A stretch of 64,000 bases of DNA from Octopus sinensis (GCF_006345805.1 NC_043010.1:9052001-9116000), one strand, 5' to 3'; positions 12,694 to 25,748 are shown, counted from the first letter of the stretch. Translations and numbers: made by a program. The notes: a model not told the origin generated them from the sequence alone.

Positions 12694-13342
12694 TTTAATG
12701 CAAGAAGTCTGTATCATAGAACCAGGGGCTGTCTCAAGTGGGTCGCTATCAAAAGGGTTAATTTACCTCAGTACTTGACTGGCATTCATTTTATGATCTA
12801 CAATACTCAGTTCTGTCTCTTGATATTTTAAATTTATTACAGTGTAACACGATATTTGTTCTTGTGTAGCAACTGTTTATTTCCTGTTTGATTACACCTA
12901 GAAAGTATGGAAATTGGCTAATATTTCCTTCAAACTTTACTTTTGTTACATTTATTCAAACCCCAATGAATCTCTCTCAAACACATGGCTATGATGCTCT
13001 CCCACTACTCCTGCTCATGATCAGGGATGCAAATATCGTCAGTCACTAAGAGACATGCTCAAGTGGTTAAGGTCAAAGAAATGACAAGCAAATCTGTGCT
13101 ATTGAGCTGAACATTTACTACAATGATATTTCTGCTTCAGCACTGAATCTGTCTGAAATGTAATGACAAATAGGTTAGTAGCCAAAACATTGATGTCCAG
13201 GTCACAAAAGCAAAGTTTGAAGGGAGTAGTTAGTAATTTTTTTTGGTTTCTAGATAGAAGCAAATAGGAAATAACACTTACTGAACAAAGACAAAAAAAA
13301 AGTTACTCAGTGTTATCTGCTATTTCTTCCATTTAGAGTTAA

Positions 13343-13729
13343 CTAGCAGTATCGCCCGGCGTTGCTCGGGTTTTTAAGGGAAATAACTATATAAGCATTT
13401 TTAGAGAGTTATAGCCAAAAAATAGCAAAAAAATGCATTAAAAATGGAAAAAAAATTATGGTAAATTTTTTTTTAAATCGTTGACTCATCGTAGACATTT
13501 TTAGAGGGTTACTTCCCTTATATAATAGCGAAAAAATGCATTAAAATGGAAAAAAATTATGGTAAATTTTTTTTTAAATCGTAGACGCATGCTAATACCC
13601 AGAAGGGCTCGATATGAATCACGACTATAAGATACCCGGTTTTGGTTAAACTGCACCGCAAAATGTGGGAGTAGTTGGGAATCTAAATCGTAGGAGACAG
13701 ACACACAACTTGACTTTTATATATAAAGA
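13343..13729 (-). mobile_element. Non-autonomous Helitron
   Basis: On minus strand 5' TC, 3' hairpin cccgagcaacgccggg then CTAG, inserted between A and T; copies at 38502 and 45684. Confidence 0.85.
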
Positions 13730-14083
13730 TATATCAAGTTCTTGTCAGGTGGCAAGCTGGCAGAATCATTAACATGCTGAGCAAACTGCTTACAGGGATT
13801 TGGTCTCTCTTTACACTCTGAATTCAAATTCTGCTGAGGTGAACTTTACCTTTCGTCCTTTTGGGGTTGGTAAAATGAATACCAGTTGAGCACTGGGGAT
13901 GATGTAATTAGCTTAACTCCTCCCCAAAATTGCTGGCCCTGTGCCAAAATTTGAAAATTCTAGTAAAGTATTGAGGTTATCAAATAAATTCACTTCTCTT
14001 CTAAAAGTCTGGTCTTGTACAAATGTTACAAATCATTATTTATATTTATTGAAACTATTTTGAAAAATTATATTTGCTATTGT

Positions 14084-14169
14084 TCATCATCATCATCATT
14101 ATCATTTCTATTTCTATTATTATTATCATTATTATTATTATTATATTATTGTTATTATCATTATTGTTA

Positions 14170-14227
<58 letters not shown>

Positions 14228-14316
14228 CATTATTATTATTATTATTATTATTGTTATTATCATTATTATTGTTGTTGTTGTTGTTATTATTATTATTATT
14301 ATTATTATTGTTGTTG

Positions 14317-14348
<32 letters not shown>
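14084..14348. repeat. (TTA/TTG)n trinucleotide microsatellite
   Basis: Direct reading. Confidence 0.97.
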
Positions 14349-15789
14349 TAAACTACTTTTACTAAAAATATAATTCTAAATAAAAAGTGTAAACATTGAT
14401 ATTTATTCCAATAATTCTTTAAAAAAAAATACGTAAAAATGAAAAAAAAATTGAATTTCTATTCATCATTGGTCATCAAAGATAGTAGACACGATAAGTT
14501 AAAAACAATGAAAATCTTGAAATTCTCCATAATTTGGTAGAATTTATCTTGATTCACTTGAGTAACATGAAGTTTTCATATATATCGATGATATTTTCTT
14601 CCAAAACCAAAAATATCTTCATTCCAATCATAAGAAAAGCCTCTTAGCCTATGTTTTCATATATATTTATATATATATATAATATATATATATATATATA
14701 CATTTGAGCGTTTATTCATTTTTTTAGCTTTAGCACAAGATTGAAGAAATATCAGATAAAAATGAAGATGATTTTATAAAATATATTCACACACACACAT
14801 ACATACATACACTTACATATACATTTACATCTATATTTACACACTTATAAGTAACATCATTTTAAAATGTTATTTCATACACAGATACACGCATACAAAC
14901 ATATATTCATGTGCGTGCACGCACCCACGCACACACATACACACGTGTATGTACAGGCACACACACTCATGCGGACAAGGATAACCATTTTAATACGGAA
15001 TGAAGGAATAATAATACTTTTAGAGACCTATAACTACTTAAAAGTCGGAATTAGGAAAGACTGGAAAATTGTCCTAAGAAGAAATATGAAATTATAGTTC
15101 AACTCATATTTAAAAAAGAACTTGAAACAAAACAAAAAAAACCCTGGTAGCTTATTTGATTGATTTTCAAAGTCAGACGGTTGAAGTCATTGTATAACAA
15201 ATGTTTGGTGTGGCATTTAAATATATAAATCAAGCTAGACAGTCAAAGATCAACAGGAAGAGCATTTCAATATCTAACATGAAATAAGAGAAAGCTTCAA
15301 CACATCATGTCTGTTGATGTTGGTGGTTAGTGTAGTCTAGAGTTTAATATAATGAAGGTTAGAAACAGTTACAGAGCAGTGCCACAAATATATTTATAAA
15401 TCATTAGTCAAAGTTTTAAATATTATTCTGTGATCAATATTGAGGAAATTGAAGTGTTACACAGTAAATTTCAACACTTTTACAACTGTTGATCTAAATG
15501 AACATATGAAAGATTGCAGCATTCTCAGCTCATAAATTATTGATGCATAATCTTAGAAGCAAAAAAGCAAATACTAATAGGTATCTAATGTAGTTGCAGA
15601 CATGACTATATGATCAACGAGTTTGCTTTGCAGTCGTGTGATTTTGAGTTCAGTCCCACTGCTCAGCATCTTGGACAAATATTTTTTTACTATAGCTTTG
15701 GGTAGATCAATTTCTTGTGAGTGAATCTTGATGGAAACTGTAGGAAGCATATTATGTAGGAATGTATGTGTGTGTAAATGTGTATGACA

Positions 15790-16281
15790 TGTAATGACAT
15801 GCATAAGATCTGGTCATCAAATCTAAGTAGAGACTTCAAACTTGAAATCTTCAAAGCCTCAGTCAAACCAATTCTACTATATGGCTCAGAAACCTGGACG
15901 TTATCAAAGAAGCTTGAGAGGCGGTTGGATGGAACCTACACTCACCTCCTTATGAGAGCTCAAAATCTCTCGTGGAAGTGTCATCCAACCAAAGTACAAA
16001 TATATGGGAAACTACCACCTGTGTCATCTCTTGTGAAAGGTAGGAGAGTCCAGTTTGCTGGACATTGTTGTAGAGCTGAAAAAGAGGTAATTTCTACTCT
16101 TCTCCTCTGGAAGCCATCTACTCGCAATACCAGAGGGCCGCACACTCTCCTACCCAGATATAATCTCCAGGGATACAGGCATCCAAAACAGGACCTCGGT
16201 AATGCTATGATGGACCGTGAAGTCTGGTGTAGCATGGTAAATTCCATTGTCTTGACCACGGTTGAACAATAATGATGATGA
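15790..16281 (+). mobile_element. 5'-truncated RTE-clade LINE, ORF2 C-terminus (frameshifted) with (ATG)n tail
   Basis: PILLYGSETWTL...RRVQFAGHC...DREVW motifs typical of the RTE-clade RT C-terminus; second copy at 31966-32360. Confidence 0.9.
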
Positions 16282-17530
16282 CTTGATATTTCACTATTTT
16301 TCTTGTTATTACCTAAGTAAAACAGTGATGCAATGTGTTTATATTAGAATTGGTTGCATTTTTTGCTTTGAAAGAGATATGCAATAAAATCTCTTTAGTT
16401 TGTAAAACAGGTAAGTGTTGGTGACAGCACTTACCTACCAGCATGAAAAATTAATGTTAAACAAATGAGTGACTGAATGTAGGCTTAATTAAAGAACAAG
16501 CATTTGCTACTATAGTTCTATGGAAGTACTCTACGTTTGTTTCAGTCGATTTTGGAAATAAGAAAGAATTTAGTAACCTAAATTTTTGTTTTTAAATTTT
16601 TGTTCAGAATATAAATTAACATGAAATTTTAGTAGATGGTTTTAACTAAATCACTTGAAAAGCAGAAAATTTATATCATTAAACCGAGGTCATATGCAAT
16701 TAATACCAAGATGGTTTAAGTTAATAATCTATGAATACTTAAAAATTTTCTGAGATATTACAGAAAACTACAGCAAATTTTACAAGCACTGTCTTGTATG
16801 TTAAAAAGGAAATCAAAAATTACTTTGTAGAATTAACAAAATGCAATACTGACTTGGAATCAAGACAGCAATGACATTTTGGAAAGATTCACCAGGAAAA
16901 AAACAAAAAACTCAAACAACAGAAAATATATTATTTCTGATTTTAGTTCATTAAGCTAAAAGTGACATATTCATCTTTTTGATGTGATACTTCTGGGAGA
17001 TCATTATACAATACATAATGCTGAATTAAAAAAACAAAACAAATATACTAAGACTAGCATATTCACAAAACCAGCTAATGAGTGCCACACCTCAAGAAAA
17101 CATCAAATATTAGTAAAAGCTGAATAACATATGCCCCCAAACGGAATTTTCTTGTGCACCATATATGAAATTATAGAGTTTAGAATTATCTCCAATAATG
17201 ATTTTTATACGATTTCATTCAGAAAGGGATGGAAATAATTTCAATAGAAGAACACACAAGTGCATCAAAAGTAGAGCAATGTTTCTTGGGAATGAATTTA
17301 GTGTTCTTTCACTTGTTTCATTCATTTGGATTTGTCCATGCTGGCTTAACAACTCAATAGGTTAGTTGATTCAATCAACCCCAGGAATTATTCTGCGTCT
17401 GGCTCTCATTACACGAGTCACTTTTTTTGTAAAGCTGTTAAGTTACAGAAACATAAAGAAACCAAAACTGTTAGTCAAGTGGAGGAAGACAAGGAAATGA
17501 ATAAACATACACACATGTATATTTATGGGT

Positions 17531-17564
<34 letters not shown>

Positions 17565-17570
17565 GGGGGG

Positions 17571-17949
17571 AAGCACTCCGTCGGTTACGACGATGAGGGT
17601 TCCGGTTTATCCGAATAATGGAACAGCCTACTCGTGAAATTAACGTGTAAGTGGCTGAGCACTCCACAGACACGTGTACCCTTAACGTAGTTCTCGGGGA
17701 TATTCAGCGTGACACAGAGAGTGACAAGGCCGGTCCTTTGAAATACAGGTACAACAGAAACAGGAAGTAAGAGTGAGAGAAAGTTGTGGTGAAAGAGTAC
17801 AGCAGGAATCACCACCATCCCTTGCCGGAGCCTCGTGGAGTTTTAGGTGCTTTCGCTCAATAAACACTCACAACGCCTGGTCTGGGAATTGAAACCGCGA
17901 TCCTATGACCACGAGTCCGCTGCCCTAACCACTGGGCCATTGCGCCTCC
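17571..17949 (-). mobile_element. tRNA-derived SINE, family E (ggaggcgcaatggcccagtggttag head)
   Basis: A box tggcccagtgg and B box ggtttcaattcc on minus strand; matches 48394-48698. Confidence 0.9.
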
Positions 17950-18137
17950 ACCATATATATATATATATATAGTTGGAATTAACAGAAAAACAAAAGACAA
18001 AGACAGGTATATAAACAACAAACAGGTGTATTACTTTAACACTTACGAAGGTGAGAAATATATATATATGTATATGTATGCATGTATATATGTATATATT
18101 CAAAATGTATGCATGTATATATGTATACATTCAAAAT

Positions 18138-18332
18138 GTGACTGCGTGTGTACCGTTGGCGATTTTTTCCTCTGTCTTCCCTTCTCTAGATCTTTCCTTC
18201 TTCTATGTTTCTGACGAAGAGCTCCGCTCGAAACGTTAAACCCTCCTTCTTTCCTTCTTTCCTGAGCGTCCAATAATACTATATTTGTTCCACGTCCTTG
18301 CGTTGTGTTTTTTTGTGCTTTCTTCTTTGGAT

Positions 18333-18340
<8 letters not shown>
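18138..18340 (+). mobile_element. (TA)n-anchored short element with hammerhead motif (PLE pLTR/retrozyme-like)
   Basis: Homologous to 51870-52065, 54672-54865 and 56326-56532; ends in gattaac(TA)n. Confidence 0.75.
18207..18241 (+). ncRNA. Minimal type-I hammerhead ribozyme motif
   Basis: gttt-CTGACGA-a-gagc(tcc)gctc-GAAAC-GTT-aaac: stem I gttt/aaac, stem II gagc/gctc, palindromic stem III; activity untested. Confidence 0.7.
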
Positions 18341-18369
<29 letters not shown>

Positions 18370-18370
18370 G

Positions 18371-18780
18371 CGTATCTTTCCTTCATTGGACACTAAACTC
18401 TGCTTGTGAAGACCTGTAGAGGCATGTGAAATCGAAATCAAATCAAATTCGATGACTGGCATCCATGCCAATGGAGCGCTAAAAGCACCATCCGAGCATG
18501 AACGTTGCTAGTGCCGCTGTACTGGCTCCTGTGCAGGTGGCATGTAAAAAACTCCATTTGAGTGTGGCTGATGCCAGTACCACCTGACTGGCCCTCATGC
18601 CGGTGGTACATAAAAGCACCCACTAAACTCTCGGAGTGGTTGGTGTTAAGAAGGGCATCCACCTGTAGAAACTCTACCAGATTAGAGTGGAGCCTGGTGC
18701 AGCCATCTGGTTTGCCAGTCCTCAGTCAAATTGTCCAACCCATGCCAGCATGGAAAGCGGACGTTAAACGATGATGATGA

Positions 18781-18783
<3 letters not shown>
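18371..18783 (+). mobile_element. RTE LINE 3' UTR (family C)
   Basis: Repeated gtggca.gtaaaa units, aagggcatcc, (GAT)n tail. Confidence 0.85.
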
Positions 18784-18836
<53 letters not shown>

Positions 18837-19064
18837 CAGAACGTTCACATGTGCACCAACTGCAAATTAGAGACCCTGGAGTCCATCAGATATCTTTGAG
18901 CAACCATCTAGCAATATGCGATCAGAAAATATTTATAATATTTCCATTCTACAAAATACACAGTCCAAGTGAAATTGAGAGAAAAATCAGTGAAAAGAAC
19001 TCTATTGATAAATTCCAACTCAAGCTAAATAAACAATAATACTAATACTTAGAGGTACTATTTC

Positions 19065-19492
19065 GGATCTTTTCGGTTTGAACGGCAGTTTTTTCTAGCG
19101 GTGTCATATGAAATTGTCACCCATAATTATGACCCTAGTATTGATCTATTACATTTCAATCTGTCTTAGGGTTAGGGTTAGGGGTTAGGGTTAGGGGTGG
19201 GGTGAAGGGTATCTTTTTTCCTTCAGAAATGTAAATAAACCCAATCTGTTTCTTAAACGAGGGACATATTCATATGGCACAGAATGTTTTAACCTCAATA
19301 GACGTCACTGATTGGTTGACATTGCAGAAATTGAAGAAAAAACAACAAATATCTTACAAACTATAGAATTTTCTCAATAAAGCCAAGAGAAAAAGATGTC
19401 TTATAAACACATTCTACCAGTATACGACGTTTAAAGGTGTTTAGTTATGTGGAAATTATTTTAAAAAACTGCCGATCAAACCGAAAAGATCC
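19065..19492. mobile_element. MITE with GG-initiated TIRs and 8-bp TSD (Merlin-like) carrying internal (TTAGGG)n
   Basis: TIR ggatcttttcggtttgaacggcagttttt / aaaaactgccgatcaaaccgaaaagatcc; TSD actatttc at 19057-19064 and 19493-19500. Confidence 0.88.
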
Positions 19493-19622
19493 ACTATTTC
19501 TACTGCTACGACCACTACCACTAACAACAACAACAATACTAAAGGTGCTCATTATGATGATAGCAGGAAAATACTAGCTAAGTCAAGAGAAAAGGCAGTA
19601 AAAATAATTCTTAGGTTTAAAA

Positions 19623-19742
19623 CTCTATTACCACAGCTACTCCTATATTACCACAGCTACTCCTATATTACCACAGCTACTCTTCTATTACCACAGCTAC
19701 TCCTCTATTACCACAGCTACTCCTCTATTACCACAGCTACTC
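19623..19742. repeat. 20-bp minisatellite (ctattaccacagctactcct) x~6
   Basis: Exact 20-nt periodicity visible across lines. Confidence 0.95.
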
Positions 19743-20570
19743 GTTTACAAACTGCAGAGTGGTTCCAGAGTAACTGCAGAGTAATGCCCAACCTCAGCAT
19801 GCCAAAGTGAAAGCATTTGAAAGAGACGTCCAAATATAATTTGTAGAACTTTATACATGCTTGATTTCGGTTGAGCATTCTGTATCTAGTTCTGGAAATT
19901 ATGTTTTGTAAACAACAGACTATGCTGATGATCTTGTAGATATTTGCATGTTCATATACATAAATATTAACAAGTGAAACCAATGGTACATAGGTAATCA
20001 TTTTTATTTCGTATATTTTCATTTGTCTTGCTCATTTTTACATTTTGGTGTTTTGCTGAGATTTTTCTTGAGCACACATTCTTCGTGGTAATGGTGATTT
20101 GACGTTTATGTTTAGCATAAATGGTGTCCACTTTAGTGGTCATTCCTCTAAATTTTACATGTAACACAATTTTTAATCTTCGGATTTTTTAAATATGCTA
20201 AGCCACTGGTTTTAATTGATTAATATCAATTTCTACCCTTATTATTTAATTCAAATATATATATATATATAGTATATAAATAAAAGGGGCAGGCAACAGG
20301 TTGCTTAGCCGCATACCGAAAAAATTAGAAACAGCAGTCATAGACTGTTTATTTCTATTTTCTACAAATGGGACTCCATATACGACATATTCCTGTAATT
20401 CACATATGCAAAACAGAAGGAATAAATAACGAAAACAAAGTCTAACGGTCATTTGCGAACATGTTTCTAGATTAGAAATATAATGAATATATATTTCATG
20501 TCTTTCATCAGTGCAACCCTCCATTAAAATAGATTTATCAAATGCTACGTACCTCTCTCTATATATATAC

Positions 20571-20610
<40 letters not shown>

Positions 20611-21885
20611 TTTCGAATTTTGGCAGAAAGGGAGAAATTTTGAGGGAGTTGGTAAGTCAATTACATTGACTGCTACTTCCCTTATTCTATTGACCTCAGA
20701 AGGATGAAAGGTAAAGTCAACCTTGGTGAAGTACATACTTATAAAAATGTATGCATATGCATATGATGGACCTCTGCATAATTCCATCTACCAAACTGAC
20801 ACACAAGGCACTGATTAGCTCAGGGCTAAAGTGGCGCTAGTGGTCCAAGTTGCTTTTCTGTAAAACTGAACCAAAAATAATGTGGCTATGAAGAGAATTA
20901 TCCAAGCACCTATGCATGCCTGCTGCATTGGACATTAAGAGACAATTGCTTACTTAATCTCTTGAAACTATATTAACTATTTCATTAATTAGGAACAGAC
21001 TAGAAATAGCTCTATAACTATGAATAATATACTGTTTGAGGAAAGTTTATTTTTAGAAAAAGATTCCTTGAAATTAGCAAAATTTTATAAAATAGTGTGA
21101 AGCTTTGATTCTTGTTAGATTTATTCACCCTGAGAACCTCTGGCTGATGAGACACATGGGCGTCAAAACACTTGCTATTCACCATGCATGTGATAATTTG
21201 TTAGTGTATTAAATCATTATTTTAAAAAATACAAAAAAGATTTGTCAGACCCACTCAAAATTTTGGCAAAAGCAAAGACTGGAACAGAATCTAACAGAAA
21301 TGCAATGATACCAAAATTTTTCTGAAGTTGTAGAATTGTCTCATCAGTGCCTCAACCTACTTCACACAGTGTTAGTATTATAATTCAAAGAATTATTCAT
21401 GTTAAAGCAAGAATGATTGATTTCAAACAAGTTTCTATCTTTGCCAATATCACAAACAATACTTTAGACTATAGAATTTCTGATTTTATCAGAAGCTTTG
21501 ATGAAAAAAAATGGGTGGGTGGAATTAAAGTAATTATCTAATATTTTAAAATTATCAGAGTCAGGGTAAGTAAATTTATTGTTATCACCCACCAATAGCC
21601 TTTCAATCAATTGGAAGAGAGTTCTTTGATCAACAATTTTGATTCAATAATTCATACATAGTAGTTCTGAAGTTAATGTTTATGAAGGAAGGGCAAAAAC
21701 TGTAGAGTTGAATAAATTTAACTCTTGCATTTATCTATATACACACACATATATATAGTATTGTACTTTCTCTTTTATCCAACCCTGACTTATACATGTG
21801 TGTGTGTATACATACATATATTGCATACATAAACATACAAGTGTACATACATGCAAGTATATAGATGTGTATATATCTCTACATT

Positions 21886-21953
<68 letters not shown>

Positions 21954-21958
21954 ACTAA

Positions 21959-22014
<56 letters not shown>

Positions 22015-22080
22015 ATATGTATGTATCTATCTATGTATGTATGTATTTATCTATTTGTCTGTGTGTGTGTGTGTGTGTCT
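21886..22080. repeat. (TATC)n microsatellite
   Basis: Direct reading. Confidence 0.95.
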
Positions 22081-22120
22081 GAGTGTGTATAGATAAATAG
22101 ATAAACATATATATATATAT

Positions 22121-22157
<37 letters not shown>

Positions 22158-22955
22158 TACGTATGTATATTTAATATCCATATACTAAAACTCTCACACA
22201 CGCAACTATCTTTTACATATTTAAAACCTTTTTTTTTTACGTTTTGCTTTCTATAATTTTTTTTTTTTTTACTTCTACTTAAAGAACACAGTTCTTATCT
22301 TAGTTATTTCAAGAGCACATTTTAAAGAAGAAATCCTGAAGATTAAAAATTAATACCAAGAAAGAAGTCTATCACAAAGTCGAAAATCATAAAACAGCAG
22401 TTTTAGACGACTTTTGATACCAGTATTAAACATATAAAAATAAAATGGTATTATTGAAAGAACTTCAAAATTCTACAATCTTAATAGTATATTGCAAAAT
22501 AACTTTCTTTGCTTAAAATTTGCAAATGGATTTTAAATATAAAATATCTTAGCATGGTTTGAAACAAGTCAGTGGGATTGACATTTTCACTGTTTGTATA
22601 TGTTTCACTGATCTTATCGTATATATTTATACATTTCTTTCATAGGATTAACATCTTATAAACATTTCTTCCATTCAGAGACAGAAAATATTGTATTTAC
22701 GAAAAATGTGACTCTCTTTCCATTATTTTAAATATTCTTCGCTAATGGATTTTTCTATGTGCTAAATAAATTTGCTGTTCTATAATTCAGTTGGAATTGG
22801 TTATGTAAGTTTGAAATATATTCATGGTTTTATGTTGTGTGTATATGCAACATATATAATGAAATTAAGAAACTTGCATATATAACAAATTTAAGAACCC
22901 ACATTCACCCAACTATGTATATGTATGTGTTACTGTATATGCATTTCTAATACAT

Positions 22956-22999
<44 letters not shown>

Positions 23000-23022
23000 C
23001 TTCTATACACAATCACACACAC

Positions 23023-23059
<37 letters not shown>

Positions 23060-23945
23060 TGTTTGCATGCATATCTGTGTGTATGCATGTTTGTGAGTGT
23101 ATGGATAAGCGTACGCATGTACATATGTATGTACAAATGTAAGTATGTATATGCGTGTGTATGTATGTGTGTATGAATGCATTTATGTATACATGTAAAT
23201 TTTTCAAGTTATTATATATGTGCATAGATACATAAAAAAACAGACATATATTCATCCATATTTTGTGCAAATTCATAGATGTATCAATGTTCTTTATTTG
23301 TTATTTTATGCAGTTTATGTAGGTGTACACCGGTGTGTTTGTGTGGGTGTACGAACGTAAAGCATAAATGCATGAATATGCATGTATGCATCACAATTTA
23401 CCAAATAGGCTTCTATTTTCTGTGCAAATGCTTGTAATTCATTCTGGGCAGTCAATTTTGTGTTTAAATTCACTCTAAATTTTTATTTCAAACTTTCATT
23501 GGTTTACAAATCGGGTTAGTATGATAACAACAATAATAATAATAATAATAATAAGGACAGTAATAACAGTGATGATGATAATTCACTCACCAGCATTTTT
23601 CTCTTGAAGCCTATATCAGTCAACTTTCTATGATGGCTGCAAACATTGATGCTGTCATCATTTCCAAACTTTCTTATCTTCTATCAAAGCCAGATTATTA
23701 ATACACAACTTTACAAATGACAGCATTTCATTTCTTAGCAAAGTCTCCAGTTATTTTTTTTTACATTTTACTTGTTTCAATCACTGGATTGCAGCCATGT
23801 TGTGGCACACGACCTTGAAAGGTTTTTAATCCACCAAAAAAACTGCAGTAATTATTATACCAATTCCTTTTGCTGAACCACTTAGTGGGACATAAACAAA
23901 CCAACACTGGTAGTGCTGGGAGAACAAACATACAAATATCATATC

Positions 23946-24135
23946 AAGACAATTACCCCCACCCCCAAGGACAATTACCCTCCATAGGATAATTCCTCTA
24001 AATGACAACTACCCACCTTGGATTATTACCCTCTCTCTAATATATTAAGAAATTTTAAATCATAATCTGTTGTCCTCAGGGGTAATTGTCCTTGGGGGTA
24101 GGGGTATTTCTATGGTGGGTAAATGTCCTAGACTC
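23946..24135. mobile_element. Palindromic MITE-like relic with repeated gacaatt/aattgtc motifs
   Basis: gacaattaccc repeats on left, mirrored ggggtaattgtcc repeats on right. Confidence 0.5.
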
Positions 24136-24145
24136 ATATATACAT

Positions 24146-24545
24146 AGGTGCAGGCATAGCTATGTGGTAAGAAGCTTAGTTCCCAATCACATGGTTCCAA
24201 GTTCAGTTCCACTCTATGGAATCTTGGGCAAGTATCTTCAACTGTAACCTCAGGCCAAACAAAGCCTTGTGAGTTAACTTGGTAGATGGAAACTGAAAGA
24301 AGCCCATAGTATATATATTTATATATGTGTGTCTTTGTGTCTATGTTTGTCCCTGCCACCATCACTTGACATCCGATGTTGGTGTGTTTATGTTCCCCAC
24401 CCCCCTGTAACTTAGCAGTTTGGCAAAAGGGAGTGATAGAATAAGTACTAGGTTTACAAAAATGTAAGTCCTGAGATTGATTTCTTTGAATAAAACCCTA
24501 TAAGGCGGTGCTCCAGCATGGCTGCAGTTAAATGACTGAATGGGT
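24146..24545 (+). mobile_element. Older SINE family A copy
   Basis: aggtgcaggcatagctatgtggtaag head to ctccagcatggctgcag tail. Confidence 0.82.
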
Positions 24546-24907
24546 AAAAGATTACATATATACACATACATGCACACACACAAACACATGCACATGCGTA
24601 TAATGGGATTTCATAGTTTCTGTCTGACAAATTCGCTCACAAGGCATTGTTCTGCCCAAGTCAATAGTAGAAGACAACTTCCCAATGTGTTATGCAGTGG
24701 GACTGAACCTGAAACGTTGTGGTTGCAAAGCAAGCTTCTTAACCACACATCCATGACTGTGCCTCTTATTTAGTTGATTATTTTCAGAATTAAAAATGGA
24801 TTTTTGATTAAGGCATAAAGCCAGCAATTGTAGTATGGGGGAGGTGGGGGTTAGTTGATTAAATTGGTCCAAGTTCATGATTGCTTCTCAGATTTATCAA
24901 ACCTTGA

Positions 24908-24911
<4 letters not shown>

Positions 24912-24944
<33 letters not shown>

Positions 24945-25748
24945 CCATCATTTAACGTCCGCTTTTCATGCTAGCATAGGTTGGACGATTTGACTGAGGA
25001 CTGGCGAACCACATGGCTGCACCAGGCTCCAATCTGATCTGGCAGAGTTTCTACAGCTGGATGCCCTTCCTAACGCCAACCACTCCGAGAGTGTAGTGGA
25101 TGCTTTTTACATGCCACTGGCACAAGGGCCAGTCAGGCAGTACTGGCAACGGCCACGCTCAAATGGTATTTTTTACATGCCACCTGCACAGGAGCCAGTC
25201 CAGTGGCGCTGGCGATGACCTCGCTGTAATGTTTTTTCATGTGTCACCAGCACAAGTGTCAGTAAAGTGATGCTGGTAATGATCACGCTCAAATGGAGCA
25301 TTTTACGTGCCACCAGCACTGGCAACGATCACGCTCGGATGGTGCTCTTAGTACTCCACTAGCATGGATGCCAGTCATCAAATTTGATTCCGATTTCGAT
25401 TTCACTTGCCTCAACAGGTCTTCACAAGCAGAGTTTAGTGTCCAGTGAAGAAAAGGTATGCATTAGTGGGCTGGTTACACCCCTGGCATAGGCCATGGGT
25501 TATGGTTTCACTTGGTTTGCCGGGTCTTCTCAAGCACAGCATATTTCCAAAGGTCTCAGTCACTAGTCATTGCGTCGGTGAGGCCTAATGTTCGAAGGTC
25601 GTGCTTCACCACCTCAACTCAGGTCACCCTGGGTCAACCTCTTCCACTGGTTCCCTCGACTGCTAGGGTGTGGCACTTTTACACACAGCTCTCCTCATCC
25701 AGTCTTGCCACATGACCATACCAGTGCAATCGTCTCTCTTGCACACCA
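24912..25748 (-). mobile_element. 5'-truncated RTE LINE: decayed ORF2 end plus long 3' UTR (source of family C tails)
   Basis: Minus strand 25748-25600 reads VQERRLHWYGHVARLDEESCV*KCHTLAVEGTSGRG*PRVT*VEVVKHD (RTE RRLxWxGHVxR...GRGRP motif), followed by the family C 3' end and (GAT)n. Confidence 0.88.

Larger units (their letters stand above)
12106..12757. mobile_element. piggyBac-type MITE containing nested elements
   Basis: TTAA|cccttttg...caaaaggg|TTAA; body similar to 30620-30839. Confidence 0.8.

Noticed and set aside
15778-16272. 164-aa ORF as a host gene
   Set aside because: RTE-clade RT C-terminus, 5'-truncated and frameshifted relative to the second copy
19166-19200. Telomere or chromosome-fusion site
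   Set aside because: Only ~5 units, single orientation, inside a TSD-flanked MITE
19623-19742. 20-bp repeats as CRISPR-like or iteron array
   Set aside because: Head-to-tail minisatellite without spacers
19745-21720. Non-repetitive AT-rich stretches with short ORFs (19717-20167, 21347-21541)
   Set aside because: Frequent stops and no recognisable motif or splice pattern; probably ancient TE debris but not assignable by eye
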